In this document: in pieces, positions 20,458-31,034 of the stretch
How positions within the stretch are numbered: position 1 is the stretch's first letter
Layout: each line of letters begins with the position of its first letter
DNA from: an uncultured Planctomycetales bacterium
Lineage (GTDB): Bacteria > Omnitrophota > Gorgyraeia > Gygaellales > Profunditerraquicolaceae
Length of the DNA: 64,000 bases
Assembly: GCA_964427405.1 (NCBI GenBank)
Contig: CAYRUB010000006.1
Span: 15,558 to 79,557, forward strand
Direction: 5' to 3'
The notes under the pieces: model-generated
Told to the model about the DNA's origin: nothing
The model's database searches: none
Seen by the model: only the letters and a program-made list of their open reading frames with translations
Translations under genes and position numbers: made by a program

Positions 20458-21278
20458 TGAGAAGAATAGAGGCAGCAAAAATAACCCAGGTTGTCAGGAG
20501 GCTAGTTAAGCGAGCCAGTTTTTTCTTGCGCAGTGATGTTTTATCTGCCCTACGCAACTCTTATATAACTGAGAAGAATAGGCGGGCAAAGAAAATTCTT
20601 AAGGCAATACTGGATAACGCTGCTTATGCCAGAAAACAAAAGCTGGCTATTTGTCAGGATACTGGCCTGCCGGTTGTGTTCATTCAAATTGGACAAGATG
20701 TTGTAGTTCGCGGAGATTTAAAGGCAGCAATAAATAAAGGCGTGGAACAAGGATATAAAGGATATTACCTGAGAAATTCTATTGTTAGTGACCCGTTAAA
20801 AAGAGGAAAGTCGAAATTTTCTCCTTGTATAATGCATATGGATATAGTAAGGGGAGATAAAATTAAACTAATCCTGTTACCCAAAGGTTTTGGCTGTGAA
20901 AATAAATCGCAATTAAAGATGTTTAAGCCTACGGCAAGTATTGAAGAGATCAAGGAGTTTATTGTTAACGTAGTAAGGGACGCCGGGCCTGATGCTTGTC
21001 CGCCGTATGTTATAGGCGTAGGTATTGGAGGGACAGCAGATTATTCCGGCATCATGGCAAAAAAAGCTTTACTGCGCAAGATTTCGTCTAAGAATTCGAA
21101 ACTGGAAAATGATTTATTGAGACAAATAAATAAAACCGGAATCGGGCCGATGGGCTTAGGTGGTATAAATACTGCTTTGGCAGTTCATCTTCAAACACAT
21201 CCTACGCATATTGCAGGACTGCCGGTTAGCGTAAATATCAGTTGTCATGCCTTAAGAAGCGCGTCAGTAACCTTATGA
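20454..21278 (+). CDS. Fumarate hydratase class I, alpha subunit
   Basis: CQDTG, PKGFGCEN, ACPP, GIGPMGLGG, HIAGLP. Confidence 0.92.
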   Translation: MMRRIEAAKITQVVRRLVKRASFFLRSDVLSALRNSYITEKNRRAKKILKAILDNAAYARKQKLAICQDTGLPVVFIQIGQDVVVRGDLKAAINKGVEQGYKGYYLRNSIVSDPLKRGKSKFSPCIMHMDIVRGDKIKLILLPKGFGCENKSQLKMFKPTASIEEIKEFIVNVVRDAGPDACPPYVIGVGIGGTADYSGIMAKKALLRKISSKNSKLENDLLRQINKTGIGPMGLGGINTALAVHLQTHPTHIAGLPVSVNISCHALRSASVTL

Positions 21279-21796
21279 AGAAAATAAATACCCCTTTAGG
21301 TTTAAATGTAATTAAATCCTTGAGAGCTGGCCAGGAGTTTCTTTTAAACGGGACAATTTATACTGCCCGGGATCAGGCGCATAAAAGATTTACTCAAGCG
21401 ATTAAGGCCGGCAAGATTCTGCCCATTGAACTTAAGGGCGCGGTTATCTATTATTGCGGGCCGACACAAACCCCGAAGGCCCAAATAATTGGTTCTTGCG
21501 GCCCGACTACCAGCTCGCGTATGGATGTATTTACTCCTTTGTTGCTTGCTAAAGGATTAAAAGTGATGATTGGTAAGGGAGCCAGGTCTCAAGAAGTAAA
21601 AGCGGCGATTAAAAAATATAAGGGAATTTATTTTGTTACTTATGCCGGATGCGGAGCGCTTTTAGCCAAGTGCGTCAAGAAAGCAAAGATAGTTGCTTAT
21701 GGTGATTTAGGACCGGAGGCAATTCTAAAGTTAGAAGTTGAAGATTTTCCGTTGATTGTCGCAATTGACGCTAATGGGAGGAGTATCTATGGTTAG
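21275..21796 (+). CDS. Fumarate hydratase class I, beta subunit
   Basis: [26 protein letters not shown]. Confidence 0.92.
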   Translation: MKKINTPLGLNVIKSLRAGQEFLLNGTIYTARDQAHKRFTQAIKAGKILPIELKGAVIYYCGPTQTPKAQIIGSCGPTTSSRMDVFTPLLLAKGLKVMIGKGARSQEVKAAIKKYKGIYFVTYAGCGALLAKCVKKAKIVAYGDLGPEAILKLEVEDFPLIVAIDANGRSIYG

Positions 21797-22508
21797 GCTT
21801 GATGGACGCGGGCTGGATAAAATTAGAAAAGTTACTATAACCAGGAATTATATTAAATACCCCGAAGGGTCTTGCCTTATTGAATTAGGCAGCACCAAGG
21901 TAATTTGCACTGCGTCAGTTGAAGAAACTGTTCCGCCATTTTTAAGAGGCTCAGGTACAGGATGGGTTACTGCTGAGTACGGTATGCTTCCGCGTTCCTG
22001 CGGTAGCCGTATCCCACGCGGCAAGGATTCCGGCCGTACTTATGAAATCCAGCGCCTGATTGGCAGGTCACTTAGATCAGTTACTGAGATGAAATATTTA
22101 GGGGAGCGCAGTATCTGGGTTGATTGTGATGTTATCCAGGGCGACGGAGGCACGCGCACTGCTTCTATTACCGGAAGTTTTGTTGCTTTGGTGGACGCTT
22201 TACAGAAGCTTAAAAAAGAAGGGAAGATTGACCGGATACCGATTCAGGATTATATTGCCGCTACCAGCGTAGGTATCTTAAACGACAATATGATTTTGGA
22301 TTTATGTTATGAGGAGGATTCTAAGGCCGAAGTAGATATGAATGTGATCATGACGGGTAAAGGCGAGTTTATCGAGGTCCAGGGAACTGCCGAGCGCAAA
22401 CCTTTTTCCAAAGAAAAGATGGATGTTATGCTTGATTTAGCCAAAAAAGGAATAGAGGAGCTTTTTAGTATTCAGAGAAAACTTGTAGGGGATATCTTAT
22501 CTAAATGA
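21789..22508 (+). CDS. rph: Ribonuclease PH
   Basis: [37 protein letters not shown]. Confidence 0.97.
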   Translation: MVRLDGRGLDKIRKVTITRNYIKYPEGSCLIELGSTKVICTASVEETVPPFLRGSGTGWVTAEYGMLPRSCGSRIPRGKDSGRTYEIQRLIGRSLRSVTEMKYLGERSIWVDCDVIQGDGGTRTASITGSFVALVDALQKLKKEGKIDRIPIQDYIAATSVGILNDNMILDLCYEEDSKAEVDMNVIMTGKGEFIEVQGTAERKPFSKEKMDVMLDLAKKGIEELFSIQRKLVGDILSK

Positions 22509-23134
22509 TACAGTTGGTAGTTGCAACCCGTAATAAAAAGAAATTATCCGAAATAAAAGAGATTTTAAGAGGAATAAATTTAGATCTGTTTTCTCTTGAT
22601 AGCTATAAAGATGCCCCGCAGGTATTAGAGAACGGCAGGAGTTTTCAAGAGAATGCTGTAAAGAAGGCGGTAAAGTTAGCGCGCTTTACAGGTAAATTTT
22701 GTCTGGGTGAGGATTCAGGTTTGTGTGTTGATGCCTTAGATGGCGCGCCGGGAATTTATTCTGCGCGTTTTTCAGGTCCTACTTGCCGGGTAGGCAGGGA
22801 TAAAAGCGATCTGAAAAATAATCTTAAACTTTTGAATTTGCTCAAAAGTTTACCTCTTGCAAAAAGAAAGGCGCATTATGTTTGCGCTGTTGCGTTAGCT
22901 GACAAGAACGGTTTGTTGGCGGCATTAGAGGGAAGTTGTTCCGGCTTGATTGCTCTTGAGGCCAAAGGCAGCGCGGGTTTTGGTTATGATCCGTTATTTT
23001 ATATTCCGAAATATAAAAAGACATTTGCCCAGCTAGGGGAAAAGATCAAGCATAAAATGAGCCACCGTTACCATGCTTTGAAGAAAGCCCGGCGGGTTAT
23101 CGAGAAATATATTGAGAAGCAAGTAGTGAATTGA
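22505..23134 (+). CDS. rdgB: dITP/XTP pyrophosphatase
   Basis: EDSGL, PGIYSAR, GFGYDP, SHR. Confidence 0.95.
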   Translation: MIQLVVATRNKKKLSEIKEILRGINLDLFSLDSYKDAPQVLENGRSFQENAVKKAVKLARFTGKFCLGEDSGLCVDALDGAPGIYSARFSGPTCRVGRDKSDLKNNLKLLNLLKSLPLAKRKAHYVCAVALADKNGLLAALEGSCSGLIALEAKGSAGFGYDPLFYIPKYKKTFAQLGEKIKHKMSHRYHALKKARRVIEKYIEKQVVN

Positions 23135-23208
23135 TATACTTTATAAGTTATACGGGGCGTAGTCATCCCGCACAAATCATGCGGGATTTCGCCTCGCGAA
23201 ATCTAATA

Positions 23209-23283
23209 CGGGGCGTGGCTCAGTTTGGCTAGAGCGCTTGCTTTGGGAGCAAGAGGTCACAGGTTCAAGTCCTGTCGCCCCGA
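23209..23283 (+). tRNA. tRNA-Pro(TGG)
   Basis: CGGGGCG acceptor stem; anticodon loop ttTGGga; GGTTCAAGTCC. Confidence 0.93.
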
Positions 23284-23284
23284 C

Positions 23285-23383
23285 TTAAACGAGCAGATAA
23301 TTTACGGAGCCAGAGGCGACGTAAATTATAGGCCGTAAGGCCGTCTGCGAGTTTAATCCTTGCGAGTAAGGACGAGCAAGGAT
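23285..23383. repeat. Branched palindromic element between two tRNAs
   Basis: ttaaac..gtttaa, gcaga..tctgc, ataatttacg..cgtaaattat, atccttgc..gcaaggat. Confidence 0.6.
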
Positions 23384-23401
23384 AGATAAATGATTATTAA
23401 T

Positions 23402-23475
23402 GCGCCTGTAGCTCAATTGGATAGAGCACCTGCCTTCTAAGCCGGTTGTTGGCCGTTCGATTCGGCCCAGGCGCA
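23402..23475 (+). tRNA. tRNA-Arg(TCT)
   Basis: GCGCCTG/CAGGCGC acceptor stem; anticodon loop ctTCTaa; one anticodon-stem mismatch. Confidence 0.9.
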
Positions 23476-23503
23476 TAATAATCGAAGATAGATAAAGGTT
23501 TTT

Positions 23504-24712
23504 ATGAATAATTGGAAAAGAATCTTTATAGTAATAGTTATTTTGGTAATTTCCCTGAGTTGTTTTTATGCTTTTTTGATTGTTAAGGCAAAATTCATAC
23601 TTGCGGATAAACTCAGTTCTGCTTTTGGCCGTAAAGTGAAAATAGGCCAGCTCAAGCTTAGTCCGCCGCTTAATCTGGAGTTAATGGATTTAGATGTGGA
23701 GGGTTTAATTAATATAAACTATGTCTATATTTCACCCAGCATTCCGAATCTTTTAACCGGAAGACTTGCTTTAAATAAAATAAGGATTGTAAGGCCTAAG
23801 ATATCTTGCGAAAGGAGCTTGCCTCCGGCTCCTCCGGCAGCAACTGATAGCGCCGCTGTTTTAAATAAGTCAGAAGCCGAGAAACCAAAAGAAGAAACTC
23901 CCGCAGCAGCTAAAGCTAGTTTAAAGTTGGTCATCAAGAGTTTGAAAGTAAGGAGCGGGGAGATATATTTTCTTGACCACACCGCGGATTCGCGCAACGT
24001 TAAAGTAGTGATTAAAAATATAGATGTAAATTTAAATAATTTATATACCTATCCTGTCGACGTCATGGTTAATTTCAATCTAAGCGGTCGCCTGCCCTGG
24101 CAGTCAGGTGAGCCTGATGGTAAAATTTACCTTGATGGCTGGGTCAATCCTTATAAAAAGAATATGTCCGCCAATCTAAGAATTGAAGATATCGATGCTA
24201 TCGCTTTCTATCCGTATTATTCTACTTGGGTGGATTTAGAGAAAGCGCGCATTGATAAAGCTAAGCTTAATTTTAGCAGTAAAATTAAGGGAGAGAATAA
24301 TGATATATCTGCGCAGTGCCATTTGGAATTAGCAGATATTGTGCGTAAGGCGAGGCCTCCCGAAGAGCCGCAACAGAAGGCGGAAAGGCTTACTGACGCG
24401 GTGCTTGATATGTTTAAGGCGATGAATCAGGGGAAAGTAGTCTTGGATTTTACTTTGCATACAAAAATGGACCATCCGCAGTTTGGTTTTGAAAATATCA
24501 AATCGGCATTTGAAGGCAAGCTTATGCAGGCCAGAACTAACTCTGGGCTAAGGCCTCAAGATATGTTATTATGGCCGGGTAAAATGCTGCAAGGCGGGAT
24601 TAAAAGCGGATCGGATTTAACTAAAGCCGCAGTTGATGGCGTATTTGCTTTAGGTAATGGATTAAAGAAGCTTTTTGAAGATTCAATGAACAAACAGACT
24701 TCAGAAGATTAG
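23504..24712 (+). CDS. AsmA-like/DUF748 domain protein
   Basis: N-terminal TM anchor, GRKVKIG, beta-rich body. Confidence 0.65.
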   Translation: MNNWKRIFIVIVILVISLSCFYAFLIVKAKFILADKLSSAFGRKVKIGQLKLSPPLNLELMDLDVEGLININYVYISPSIPNLLTGRLALNKIRIVRPKISCERSLPPAPPAATDSAAVLNKSEAEKPKEETPAAAKASLKLVIKSLKVRSGEIYFLDHTADSRNVKVVIKNIDVNLNNLYTYPVDVMVNFNLSGRLPWQSGEPDGKIYLDGWVNPYKKNMSANLRIEDIDAIAFYPYYSTWVDLEKARIDKAKLNFSSKIKGENNDISAQCHLELADIVRKARPPEEPQQKAERLTDAVLDMFKAMNQGKVVLDFTLHTKMDHPQFGFENIKSAFEGKLMQARTNSGLRPQDMLLWPGKMLQGGIKSGSDLTKAAVDGVFALGNGLKKLFEDSMNKQTSED

Positions 24713-24728
24713 TTTTTATTAGATTTAT

Positions 24729-24803
24729 GGTGGCTATAGCTCAATTGGTTAGAGCGCTAGACTGTGGCTCTGGAGGTTGCGGGTTCGATCCCCGTTAGCC
24801 ACC
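24729..24803 (+). tRNA. tRNA-His(GTG)
   Basis: G-1, anticodon loop ctGTGgc, GGTTCGATCCC, C discriminator. Confidence 0.94.
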
Positions 24804-24847
24804 CATAAACCTTGTATCTCATTGTAGCGCAATGAGTTACAACAACG

Positions 24848-24878
24848 CACCGACGGGGCAACCTGTCGGTGTTTTTTT
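24848..24878 (+). terminator. Intrinsic terminator after tRNA-His
   Basis: caccgacggggcaacctgtcggtg followed by a T-run. Confidence 0.75.
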
Positions 24879-24909
24879 ATCTGGCGATGTCCCTAGGGTT
24901 TAGGGCGTT
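24874..24909 (+). repeat. 36-bp direct repeat, copy 1 (candidate island end)
   Basis: tttttatctggcgatgtccctagggtttagggcgtt; 32/36 identical to 60580-60615. Confidence 0.7.
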
Positions 24910-25117
24910 ATTCCCGTCGGAGAATTCTGTAGTATTTTAAAACAAGATCTCCGTCGAGGAAGAGGGGAAATTTTAAAGAAAATTGTTGGAAAATAGCGCA
25001 ATTCCTCTCGTAGTTTATGGGCGCTAGTTTATGCTATATTCGCGTAATAATGCGCTTATTTCTGCTTTGATTTTTGCCATAAACTAGAGGTGAGGAATAA
25101 TCTGGATAAGAGAGGCC

Positions 25118-26728
25118 TTAAGAGGTTATTTGGGTGAGTTTCTGCCACATCGCGTACTGCTTATCCCAGTCGAGCTCGTCGGTGATAGTCCGCAGTTTAT
25201 ACTCCGGGATTTCAAATAGGCATGGATCATTTTGAAGAACGATCGCTTCCTGAATGCGAGGCGAGAGGAAGAGAAAACTCATGATCTGGTTAATGCGCTG
25301 CTGGCTTAAGTTAAGCCATCCCGAAACTTCCTTAATGTCCTTGGTTTTGTTTTTATCGATTAACTCCTGTATCTGATGAGCAAGCAAGAGATTCTGGCGC
25401 AACTGTGGCTCAGATTGTATCAATCGATCCTTGGGCGTTATGGCGTGGTATTTCAGCTCTGCCTTGCTTACATTAAACTTGTGCGATTTCTGCGTACTAT
25501 TAAGAATAATTTCGAGGATTGCTGTCCCGCCGTCATATTTTATTTCTTTCACGATGTCCTTGAGGGCAGTTCTTTTTTGATCAAGAGTATAGGCTTCCCA
25601 TGATTCAGGTTTTAGCCTTTGGTCGTCAGTCAGTTTCCTGAGGTACTCCATAACCTTTGCTTCCATGAGGCCGGCATTTACAAGCCGTGTAGGGCACTCC
25701 TGGTAGCCTCGCTTCTGCGCGTTTAAGCAGACATAATGAAAATAACGCAGCTTGCCGTATTTGATGTTATGGGTAAGATACATTGATGAATTGCAGGCCC
25801 GGCACCGCAATAGCCTGCTTAATAGGCCTATATTCTTGCCGATAGGCTTACGAGTTCCGAATTTTAGAGGGTTTGTATGCAGTGCATCTTGGACTTTCAT
25901 AAAGATTCCATCATCGAGGATTCGCTCATGTTCTCCGGGATAAAGCACATCTTGGTATCTAACTTTACCAGCATAATAGGCGTTTATGAGGATTTTCTCT
26001 ATGCCGGTGCTTGAAAACTTAACGTATCCGCGTTGTTTACCTTCTGCAAGCTTACGGACTTTTGTCCTGTAGCCTTTTGAATTTGCGATTTTAGCGACCT
26101 CTAAAAGCGAACGTTCTTTTAAGTATAGGTCAAAGAGTTCTCGCACAATTTTTGCTTCCTCTGGATTTATGATGAGTTTATGGTTTTCTTTGTCAAGATC
26201 GTAGCCTAAAGGTATGCATCCGCCGACATATTTGCCTTTTTTCCTGGCAGCGCCCATTTTATCTCGGGTCCTTTCACTGATGATTTCGCGTTCAAACTGA
26301 GCGAAGGAGAGGAGTATATTCAAGGTAAGCCTGCCCATCGAGTTTTGTGTATTGAAATGCTGCGTTACAGAAACAAAGGTGACGCTATTCTGGTCAAAAA
26401 ACTCTAATAACTGGCTGAAATCAAGCAGTGAGCGCGACAATCTATCAACTTTATAGACTACAACGCAGTTAATCCTATGGGCTTTAATATCATCAATAAG
26501 CTTCTGTAAGGCAGGTCTGTCAGTATTGGCTCCTGTAAAGCCACCGTCATCGTAGCGATCTGGTAAAATGATCCAGCCTTCAGACTTTTGGCTTTGGATG
26601 TAGCTTTCAGCGGATTCTCGTTGATTATCTAGAGAAGTGAATTCCTGCTCTAACCCTTCTGTTGTAGATACACGCGTATAAATAGCGCATTTAATTGCAG
26701 GTTTTTCTTTATCTGTCTTTTTTTCCAT
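25118..26728 (-). CDS. Large serine recombinase (resolvase + recombinase + Zn ribbon + C-terminal HTH-like extension)
   Basis: YTRVST catalytic Ser, DDGGFTG, DRLSR, FAQFERE, PLGY, CRAC..C..C. Confidence 0.95.
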   Translation of the reverse strand: MEKKTDKEKPAIKCAIYTRVSTTEGLEQEFTSLDNQRESAESYIQSQKSEGWIILPDRYDDGGFTGANTDRPALQKLIDDIKAHRINCVVVYKVDRLSRSLLDFSQLLEFFDQNSVTFVSVTQHFNTQNSMGRLTLNILLSFAQFEREIISERTRDKMGAARKKGKYVGGCIPLGYDLDKENHKLIINPEEAKIVRELFDLYLKERSLLEVAKIANSKGYRTKVRKLAEGKQRGYVKFSSTGIEKILINAYYAGKVRYQDVLYPGEHERILDDGIFMKVQDALHTNPLKFGTRKPIGKNIGLLSRLLRCRACNSSMYLTHNIKYGKLRYFHYVCLNAQKRGYQECPTRLVNAGLMEAKVMEYLRKLTDDQRLKPESWEAYTLDQKRTALKDIVKEIKYDGGTAILEIILNSTQKSHKFNVSKAELKYHAITPKDRLIQSEPQLRQNLLLAHQIQELIDKNKTKDIKEVSGWLNLSQQRINQIMSFLFLSPRIQEAIVLQNDPCLFEIPEYKLRTITDELDWDKQYAMWQKLTQITS

Positions 26729-26736
26729 GCCGTTTC

Positions 26737-27210
26737 CTATAGGTTAAAGAATGAGAATCCATTCCAATGCGCGCCTGTGAGCTCAAAAGCAACTGCTGAA
26801 AGGCTGCGGTAATATTTATCCTTATATTCAAAACCTTTATCCAATATTTTTACGTGAACATCCTGGTCTTTGTACTTTTTATAAATAACAGTACCGGGAA
26901 TAGGCAGCCGTTTATCTCGCATAAATGGGATAGAAACGACATTCTTCCCGGCAGAGATTACCTGTGGCCTGAGCGCCTTATTATTAATAGGATCGTATTT
27001 CTCAATAAGGTCGATAATCTGCATTTTGGCTTCATCTGAAAGCCCGCCTTTAGCCGCTTCTTGCAGCTTGTAAGTGATCTTTTTTATAAGATACGGCTTA
27101 TTAGCGCAGGGAGCCTCAGCAACGTTAAAGAGAGCATTGTGTCGCTCCTGGATTTCCGGTAGAGTCGCGTTTTTAAGCGCCTGTATTTCTTCTGAGATAT
27201 TCTCTTCCAT
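26737..27210 (-). CDS. DUF2924 domain protein
   Basis: YKLQE..GGL, PIPGTV, SLSAVAFELTGAHWNGFSFF; typical partner gene of this recombinase class. Confidence 0.88.
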   Translation of the reverse strand: MEENISEEIQALKNATLPEIQERHNALFNVAEAPCANKPYLIKKITYKLQEAAKGGLSDEAKMQIIDLIEKYDPINNKALRPQVISAGKNVVSIPFMRDKRLPIPGTVIYKKYKDQDVHVKILDKGFEYKDKYYRSLSAVAFELTGAHWNGFSFFNL

Positions 27211-27354
27211 AATTTAACCTCTCGTTAGTACACATATAGCCATACAACTCGAGATATATCAAGGTAAATAGAGAGGTATTTTTGATTGTGTAAAGAACCA
27301 AAAAGCAGTATAATTGACTACAAATTGCTACATTTTGTTATATAAGAGGAGATT

Positions 27355-27531
27355 ATGGAAACCTTTACCGTAGAAGAATTAGCAAAATATCTTAAGTTAC
27401 ATGAATTCACGGTTCGGCGTCTCGCTAGAGAGGGGAAAATACCATCTTTTAAGGCAGGCGGTCAGTGGCGATTTCGTAAGGATGAAATTAATAAATGGTC
27501 GAAAGATAATAGAGAAAAACGCGAAGGTTAA
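27355..27531 (+). CDS. Excisionase-like HTH protein (58 aa; not in ORF track)
   Basis: METFTVEELAKYLKLHEFTVRRLAREGKIPSFKAGGQWRF; gagga RBS. Confidence 0.88.
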   Translation: METFTVEELAKYLKLHEFTVRRLAREGKIPSFKAGGQWRFRKDEINKWSKDNREKREG

Positions 27532-27552
27532 TGTAATAATTTGGAGGGTCAA

Positions 27553-29682
27553 ATGAAATCAAAAGTTTATGAAAATTTAAAAGAAGATCAAATAAAATTA
27601 ATTCAACAGAAAGCACATGATTTTCTGGGAGCGCTTATCCAAGAAGATCAATATGTAGGAGAGCTCTATTCAATTAGTTATGAATATGGATTAGTTCAAA
27701 TTCATGATCGGCATAGGATGGAAGTTGGGGGGATCCCTGGGTTAAGTTTCTTGATTGCTACCCGTATTAAGCCAGGAGAATCAATTGATTATACGAAAGA
27801 AGATTCTTCAATAATTTTGTTAAGAGTCATGGATGCAGCCCCTTTACCTAACGCAAGTGAGATAGAGCGTATCCGAGTTCAAGCAGCTCAAAGAGCTACT
27901 GGTGAAGATAGTCATTGGGATGAAGCTGGACTTATGGATGGACAAACAGCTAACCTGCTTTCTTTTGCTGGAGTTAAATGCAGAGTAATTGGCACGTTCT
28001 ATCTTGAGCTTGTTGAGGGTAAAGAAAACACTGATCTCGCTATTCGTTTTGGAGGAGACTTATCCAATTACTATCCAAATAGAGGGCTGAAGGTATATAA
28101 ACCAAATGCGAAAGCGTTAGAGGAAATAGTAAATTATTCTGATCCAACAAATATTCAGGATCATTTTGAAAAGTACGGAAGCACTGAAAAAGTAAAGTTA
28201 GGACAAATACGCTATGCTTCAACCAATAGAAAATATCAGCAAATAGATAATGTTCCAGTGTATGTTCATCCTGCTGATCTTTTGTCTCAGAAGTCTGCAT
28301 TGTTTGGAATGACTCGTACTGGAAAGTCGAATACAACAAAGATTATAGCGAAGGCGATCTTTGAGTTGCGTAATCCGAAGGATAAAATTAGCAATTCGCT
28401 TCGAATTGGTCAAATAATTTTTGATCCCAATGGAGAATATGCCAATGAGAATGTTCAAGATAATAATAATGCATTGAAGAATATCTGGGAAATTAATTGT
28501 CCGGCTTCTGATGCGGATGCTAGAAAGAAACATAAAGCAAATGAAGTCGTTACCTATGGCATTTCTGCTCATCCTAATGATCCGGAAAGAAAAATGATGC
28601 TTCTAAATTTTTATGTTGATGATAATTTACAGATAGGTAAAGAAATTGTCGATAATCTTTTCTCATCAGAAGATCCGGTATATCTAAGAAATTTCTCCCA
28701 AGTAGTGTTTGAACTTCCAGATACTCAGGATTGGAGCGCAATGACTAGGTATCGTAGAAGAGTTCTTGCTTATAGAGCAATATTAAATCGAGCAGGTTTT
28801 ACCCCACCAGCAAATATTAGTCCAAATACCGATAGATTATTTAATCCGGAGTTAGTTACTGCCCTCAACAATTACACGGGCGATAATGAAGATTTGTATC
28901 ATGCTGCTGCTGGCATATTTTCAAATACAAATCCTTCATGGGGGCAAATTGCTGATGCGTTTGAATCTCTGGATAAGTTTATTAGAGATGGGCAGAGCAC
29001 CGGATACAGTAATTTTGAAAATTGGTATGTCAATACTCGTCCTAGTGCATCGGGAGAAAGATGGGCCGATGAGGATTTTAAAAAGCTGATCGGCATATTT
29101 CAATATCCAAATGGAATACGGAGAATTGGTCGAGTTGCAAATCAACATACTGCCTTGACAAGTACTGACTATGCAATCGATATTTATAATGATTTAAAGT
29201 TGGGGAGGTTAGTTATTGTTGATCAATCAAGTGGAGATTCGGAATTAAATGAAATGGCAGCGAGACGCATAATGAGGGCTATATTTGAAGAAAATAAGAA
29301 ATATTTTACTTCCGGGAAGATACCTCCTGAGATTATTGTTTTTGTAGAAGAAGCTCATAATTTGTTGCCTCCAGATAAGGAAAAAGATTATAAGGATATA
29401 TGGGTAAGAACTGCAAAAGAAGGAGCCAAGCTAAGACTCGGTTTAGTTTATGCGACACAAGAAGTTAGCAGCATACAGAAAAATATATTGAAAAATACAG
29501 CAAATTGGTTTATCGCCCATCTTAATAATACTGATGAGACAAAAGAATTGTGTAAATATTATGACTTTGCTGATTTTGAACCTTCCATAAGACGCGCCCA
29601 AGACAAAGGGTTTCTAAGAGTTAAAACCTTAAGCAATCCTTTTGTTATACCAGTTCAAATTGATAAATTTGAGGTGAAGTGA
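27553..29682 (+). CDS. HerA/DUF87-type ATPase
   Basis: Walker A GMTRTGKS, IFDPNGEY, Walker B VEEAH, AKEGAK, ATQ. Confidence 0.88.
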   Translation: MKSKVYENLKEDQIKLIQQKAHDFLGALIQEDQYVGELYSISYEYGLVQIHDRHRMEVGGIPGLSFLIATRIKPGESIDYTKEDSSIILLRVMDAAPLPNASEIERIRVQAAQRATGEDSHWDEAGLMDGQTANLLSFAGVKCRVIGTFYLELVEGKENTDLAIRFGGDLSNYYPNRGLKVYKPNAKALEEIVNYSDPTNIQDHFEKYGSTEKVKLGQIRYASTNRKYQQIDNVPVYVHPADLLSQKSALFGMTRTGKSNTTKIIAKAIFELRNPKDKISNSLRIGQIIFDPNGEYANENVQDNNNALKNIWEINCPASDADARKKHKANEVVTYGISAHPNDPERKMMLLNFYVDDNLQIGKEIVDNLFSSEDPVYLRNFSQVVFELPDTQDWSAMTRYRRRVLAYRAILNRAGFTPPANISPNTDRLFNPELVTALNNYTGDNEDLYHAAAGIFSNTNPSWGQIADAFESLDKFIRDGQSTGYSNFENWYVNTRPSASGERWADEDFKKLIGIFQYPNGIRRIGRVANQHTALTSTDYAIDIYNDLKLGRLVIVDQSSGDSELNEMAARRIMRAIFEENKKYFTSGKIPPEIIVFVEEAHNLLPPDKEKDYKDIWVRTAKEGAKLRLGLVYATQEVSSIQKNILKNTANWFIAHLNNTDETKELCKYYDFADFEPSIRRAQDKGFLRVKTLSNPFVIPVQIDKFEVK

Positions 29683-31034
29683 TGCCATATGAGGGAGAAT
29701 TTGCCCAGTATCGATCTATAGCTCGAATTACTGAGAGCGAGCGAGTTAAGGGATTGTTGTCAAAATGCGATGTGCGGCTACCCCAAGATGTTGCAAAAAT
29801 AGATATCTCTTCGCTTACGGCATCTATAAAAGCAAGTAACTGGTTGCCAAGATGGATTGTTGCAGTAGATGGTAGCAAGCAAGAAGTGCCTCTTAGGAGT
29901 GGTTTTCCCGGTGCGGAAATTTCGTATCTTACAGTAGCAAGCGTTATGTTAAATGTAGAAAAAATGAGAAAGCTTGACGCTGTGCGTCCTGTTGATCCTA
30001 AAGAATTCCGGAAAATAGAACAGGCCGACTCGATTGATACTGCTTTTCCAAGTTGCAATGTAATACTCAAAGGCGAAGTTTCTGCGGAGAGTTCTTTAAG
30101 GCGAGCCTTATTTGAAACATTAAATAATGTAAAAATGACCGATGATGGAGAAAACTTGCTTGATACTTTTGAAGCATTGTTAAAATATAAAAGCGGCAAA
30201 GAACAGAAATGCCCGTATGAGGATTGCCAAAAAAAAGATCAACAATATTCCAAGAGTAACGGAAGTTACATTTGTTCGTGTAGCTTGAAGAGACAACTTT
30301 ATAGCACTGATTCATTGCGTATTCATGAGGGTATGAATTCAGCTGGAAGTAATGGTGCGATGTTTGAAGAGGTGCTTCAAGTCCTTGAACGCCTCTGGGT
30401 TATCCATATTCTGAGAACAATCGAGCATAAAAAATGGATTTCAAGTCTTAAGAGACTCGCCTTCGTTCTTGATGGTCCGCTTGCTGTTTTTGGACATCCA
30501 GCGTGGCTTAGCGAAGCGATTTATCAGGAATTGACCCGTATCAATGGCATTGCCAAAAAGATTAATGGAGAAGATATTCTTTTCGTGGGAATTGAAAAAA
30601 CAGGGTTCTTCGCAAAACATCTCGAAGACCTCGATCATCATGAAGATGGCTCGACAAATAGACTGCCAAACCAAACAGTAATTTTGTTAACAGATAACTA
30701 TATAAAGGATAATGTAATATTTTCACAAAGCGAAAAATTCTATGGTGAGCAAACTTATTTTGGACGCAAGTTTTTTTATAAAACAAAATCCGGCGCTTTG
30801 ATAGTTGCCTCTTTGCCTTTTTACTGCGAAGAGGATAAAGACCTAAATGTTGCTACTCCGGATCGATTCCCACGATTATCCGATGCTTTAAATTTGTTGG
30901 ATGAATTGGCTTCAACGCGTTATCCTAATGCCTTGATTCCTATTATTTCTGCCCATGCAGAGGCAGCAATTCCTATGAATTTAGGTAGTAGGGTTCTAGA
31001 GAAATTGGCACGGGAGTTAGTGGATAAAGTATAA
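29679..31034 (+). CDS. NurA-family nuclease
   Basis: AVDGS, LDGPL, GIEK, AH..AAI; overlaps the HerA stop. Confidence 0.82.
   Translation: MMPYEGEFAQYRSIARITESERVKGLLSKCDVRLPQDVAKIDISSLTASIKASNWLPRWIVAVDGSKQEVPLRSGFPGAEISYLTVASVMLNVEKMRKLDAVRPVDPKEFRKIEQADSIDTAFPSCNVILKGEVSAESSLRRALFETLNNVKMTDDGENLLDTFEALLKYKSGKEQKCPYEDCQKKDQQYSKSNGSYICSCSLKRQLYSTDSLRIHEGMNSAGSNGAMFEEVLQVLERLWVIHILRTIEHKKWISSLKRLAFVLDGPLAVFGHPAWLSEAIYQELTRINGIAKKINGEDILFVGIEKTGFFAKHLEDLDHHEDGSTNRLPNQTVILLTDNYIKDNVIFSQSEKFYGEQTYFGRKFFYKTKSGALIVASLPFYCEEDKDLNVATPDRFPRLSDALNLLDELASTRYPNALIPIISAHAEAAIPMNLGSRVLEKLARELVDKV

Noticed and set aside
24883-24909. Fluoride riboswitch (GGCGATG start)
   Set aside because: Lacks the complementary TCGCC and downstream core; no relevant gene follows
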